Assembly: GCA_965287045.1 (NCBI GenBank)
Contig: OZ336878.1
Coordinates: 52,390,001-52,454,000, forward strand
Direction: 5' to 3'
Length of the DNA: 64,000 bases
From: Carcharhinus amblyrhynchos
Lineage: Eukaryota
Numbering within the stretch: position 1 is the stretch's first letter; each line of letters opens with the position of its first letter. The position numbers were made by a program, and so were the translations under genes. Positions 62,125 through 64,000 of this stretch are shown piece after piece. Below the pieces are notes generated by a model, which was not told the origin of the DNA, did no database searches, and worked only from the letters and a program-made list of their open reading frames with translations.

Positions 62125-62940
62125 GTACAGAACTTGAGTATTGCTGAAAAAAAAGAGACAGGCTGTTGAATTTTTTGTCTTGCACTCATTAGAACAGATT
62201 GAAGAGTGCCAAAATTCAAGTGGAACAACAATGTATACTGCATGATAAAAGGGGTGTCACTGGTTGGCCAGCTAAGTTTTGGTTAGTTGAAGCATCGCCA
62301 TGGGAAATGCATCAAAGAATTATGTGGCTTACTTATATTTTCTAGAAGCTGCGTATAATCATACATTGAGATCAGTTCTCTGCAGGCAAAAAGGGCAGCT
62401 TTGTGGCACAGTCGTTAGCAATGCTGCCTCACAATGCCAGCGACCAAAGTTCAATTCCTGCCTTGGGTCACTGTCTGTGTGGAGTTTGCACATTCTCCCA
62501 TGTCTCTGTGGATTTTTTCCGAGTGTTCCAGTTTCCTCCCACACTCCAATTATGTGCAGGTTAAGTTGATTGGCCATGCAAAATTGCCCCTTAGTGTCAG
62601 GGGGATTAGCAGGGTAAATACATGGGTTTACAAGGATAGGACCTGGGTGGGATTGTTGTCGGTGCAGGCTTGATGGGCCAAATTCTAAGATTCTAAGAAT
62701 ATGTCAAGGCATTGTACTTCATTTGAATTAAACAAATTCATGGTGGAATAATCGTTCCTGGCGCATTCTCTATGGAAACAGCTTTACCAACCAAAGTTGA
62801 CTTGCGAACAAATTAGTATTCTTTTCTCATGCAGTAGAAACTGTTCCTCCTTTGAAATCTGGCATTCTTGAATCTGTCCTGATGAGTGCAAGATGAAAAT
62901 CTTCAATAGCCTGTCTCCTTTTCAGCAGTATTAAAGATTT
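62125..62940. mobile_element. Palindromic non-autonomous element with about 190-bp imperfect terminal inverted repeats carrying hammerhead-like cores (probably Penelope-derived)
   Basis: The left arm TATTGCTGAAAA..GAGACAGGCTGTTGAA..TCTTGCACTCATTAGAACAGAT is the reverse complement of the right arm ATCTGTCCTGATGAGTGCAAGATGAAA..CAATAGCCTGTCTCCTTTTCAGCAGTA. Confidence 0.8.
62393..62698 (+). mobile_element. HE1-type V-SINE with a CR1-like tail
   Basis: Same head, V-domain and tail as 43091-43420; ends in ATTCTAAG repeats. Confidence 0.9.
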
Positions 62941-63519
62941 TTGGAAACTTTCGACAAGAGCATGGTGATCAGGCCAGCATTTCTACATTTGCACAAAGCA
63001 AATTAATGCATCATTCATCCTGTTTACTATTTGTGGTACTTTGCTATGTGCAAGTTGGTGGCTTCATTTTCCTATATGACAACATTGACTACATTTCAAA
63101 TGTTAATTCATAAGGAAGCAATTAAGGACCTATTATAGATGACAATAAGTTGCTATATAACTGCAGGTTCTTTCTTCCTAAATGTTGCACAGCAATTGGA
63201 TTGAAATAGAAGTTTGACACATGAGCCTATCAACTCGCTGTGCCATTGAGCTTTATGATATAAGGTTCAATGTTTGCACAATATGACATCCAGTGGGTCC
63301 CAAGGTGATTTCTAATTATATTGTTGATAGACAAAAACATGTGCCATTATCCCTCTACCCAGTTTACCGATGCACTATCAGTGTAATACCAATCCGTTCA
63401 TAGTTGACCTCATATTTGATGATAGGTCATAGCACATGCTGGTCCTGTCATATCCTCCACTCGTTCCATAGATCAGTGAACATCCATGATGCATGATTTT
63501 ACACATCTACTTTTATAAG

Positions 63520-64000
63520 GAAGTTATGGTGAACCTTAATAGAACATTGATTAGGTCTTTACCAGAGTAACTCTGGCATCACAAAAGATTTATGAGAATG
63601 TTTCCAGGTGTGAGAAACTTCAGTTATGAGGCTAGACTGAAGAGGCAGAAGTTGTTTTCCTGAGGGAAGATTGAGAGGAGATTTGGCAGAAGTTTCCAAA
63701 ATTATGGAGAAATTGTTTCTTATGGCAGAAGGGTCAAGAATCAGAGGACACCAATTTAAGGTGATTGGCAAAAGAACCAAAGGCAACATGAGGATAAACA
63801 TTTTTTACAGAGAATGATTGGGATCTGGGATGTACTGCCTGAGAGAATGGTGAAGATAAGCTCAGTCACTTTTCAAAGAGAATAGGATAAGTATGTGAAG
63901 AGAAAAAAATACAGAGTGCTGTGAAAGGGCAGTGGAGTGCAACAAACTGAGTTGCACGTGCAGAGAGCCAGCATAGGCATGAAGGGCCAAATTGCCTCTT
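63520..64000 (+). mobile_element. CR1 3'-end fragment
   Basis: Decayed YEERL / LRGDL / RGHQFK / FFTQR-like segments and a GGGCCAAATTGCCT tail. Confidence 0.8.

Noticed and set aside
1-64000. CRISPR arrays, operons or prokaryotic defence systems
   Set aside because: The sequence is spliced vertebrate DNA, and I saw no regularly spaced repeat-spacer array.

Overview
Vertebrate genomic DNA, most likely from a shark: the repeats resemble HE1 V-SINEs, SacSINE1-type DeuSINEs, CR1, Rex1/Babar and Penelope relics (recognised from memory, not by database search). Two genes lie on the minus strand. ALG6 is complete, with 14 coding exons between 1340 and 47036 that I assembled by hand into a 1521-nt, 506-aa ORF; one of its introns is a minor-spliceosome U12 AT-AC intron (33321-34292). 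FOXD3 is single-exon (52748-53881, 377 aa). The ALG6 introns are rich in transposons, while about 47.2-61.9 kb around FOXD3 has no repeat I can recognise and is CpG-richer, as expected for a developmental regulatory block. The most notable observations are the AT-AC intron, a palindromic element with degenerate hammerhead-ribozyme cores in both arms nested between two SINE layers, one V-SINE body carrying two alternative LINE-like tails (CR1-like and Rex1/Babar-like), a young CR1 with an intact RT ORF, a roughly 355-bp intronic inverted duplication, and a uORF plus hairpin in the FOXD3 leader. I found no clearly new protein-coding system. Most short ORFs in the track are noise or transposon debris. 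Repeat boundaries are approximate.
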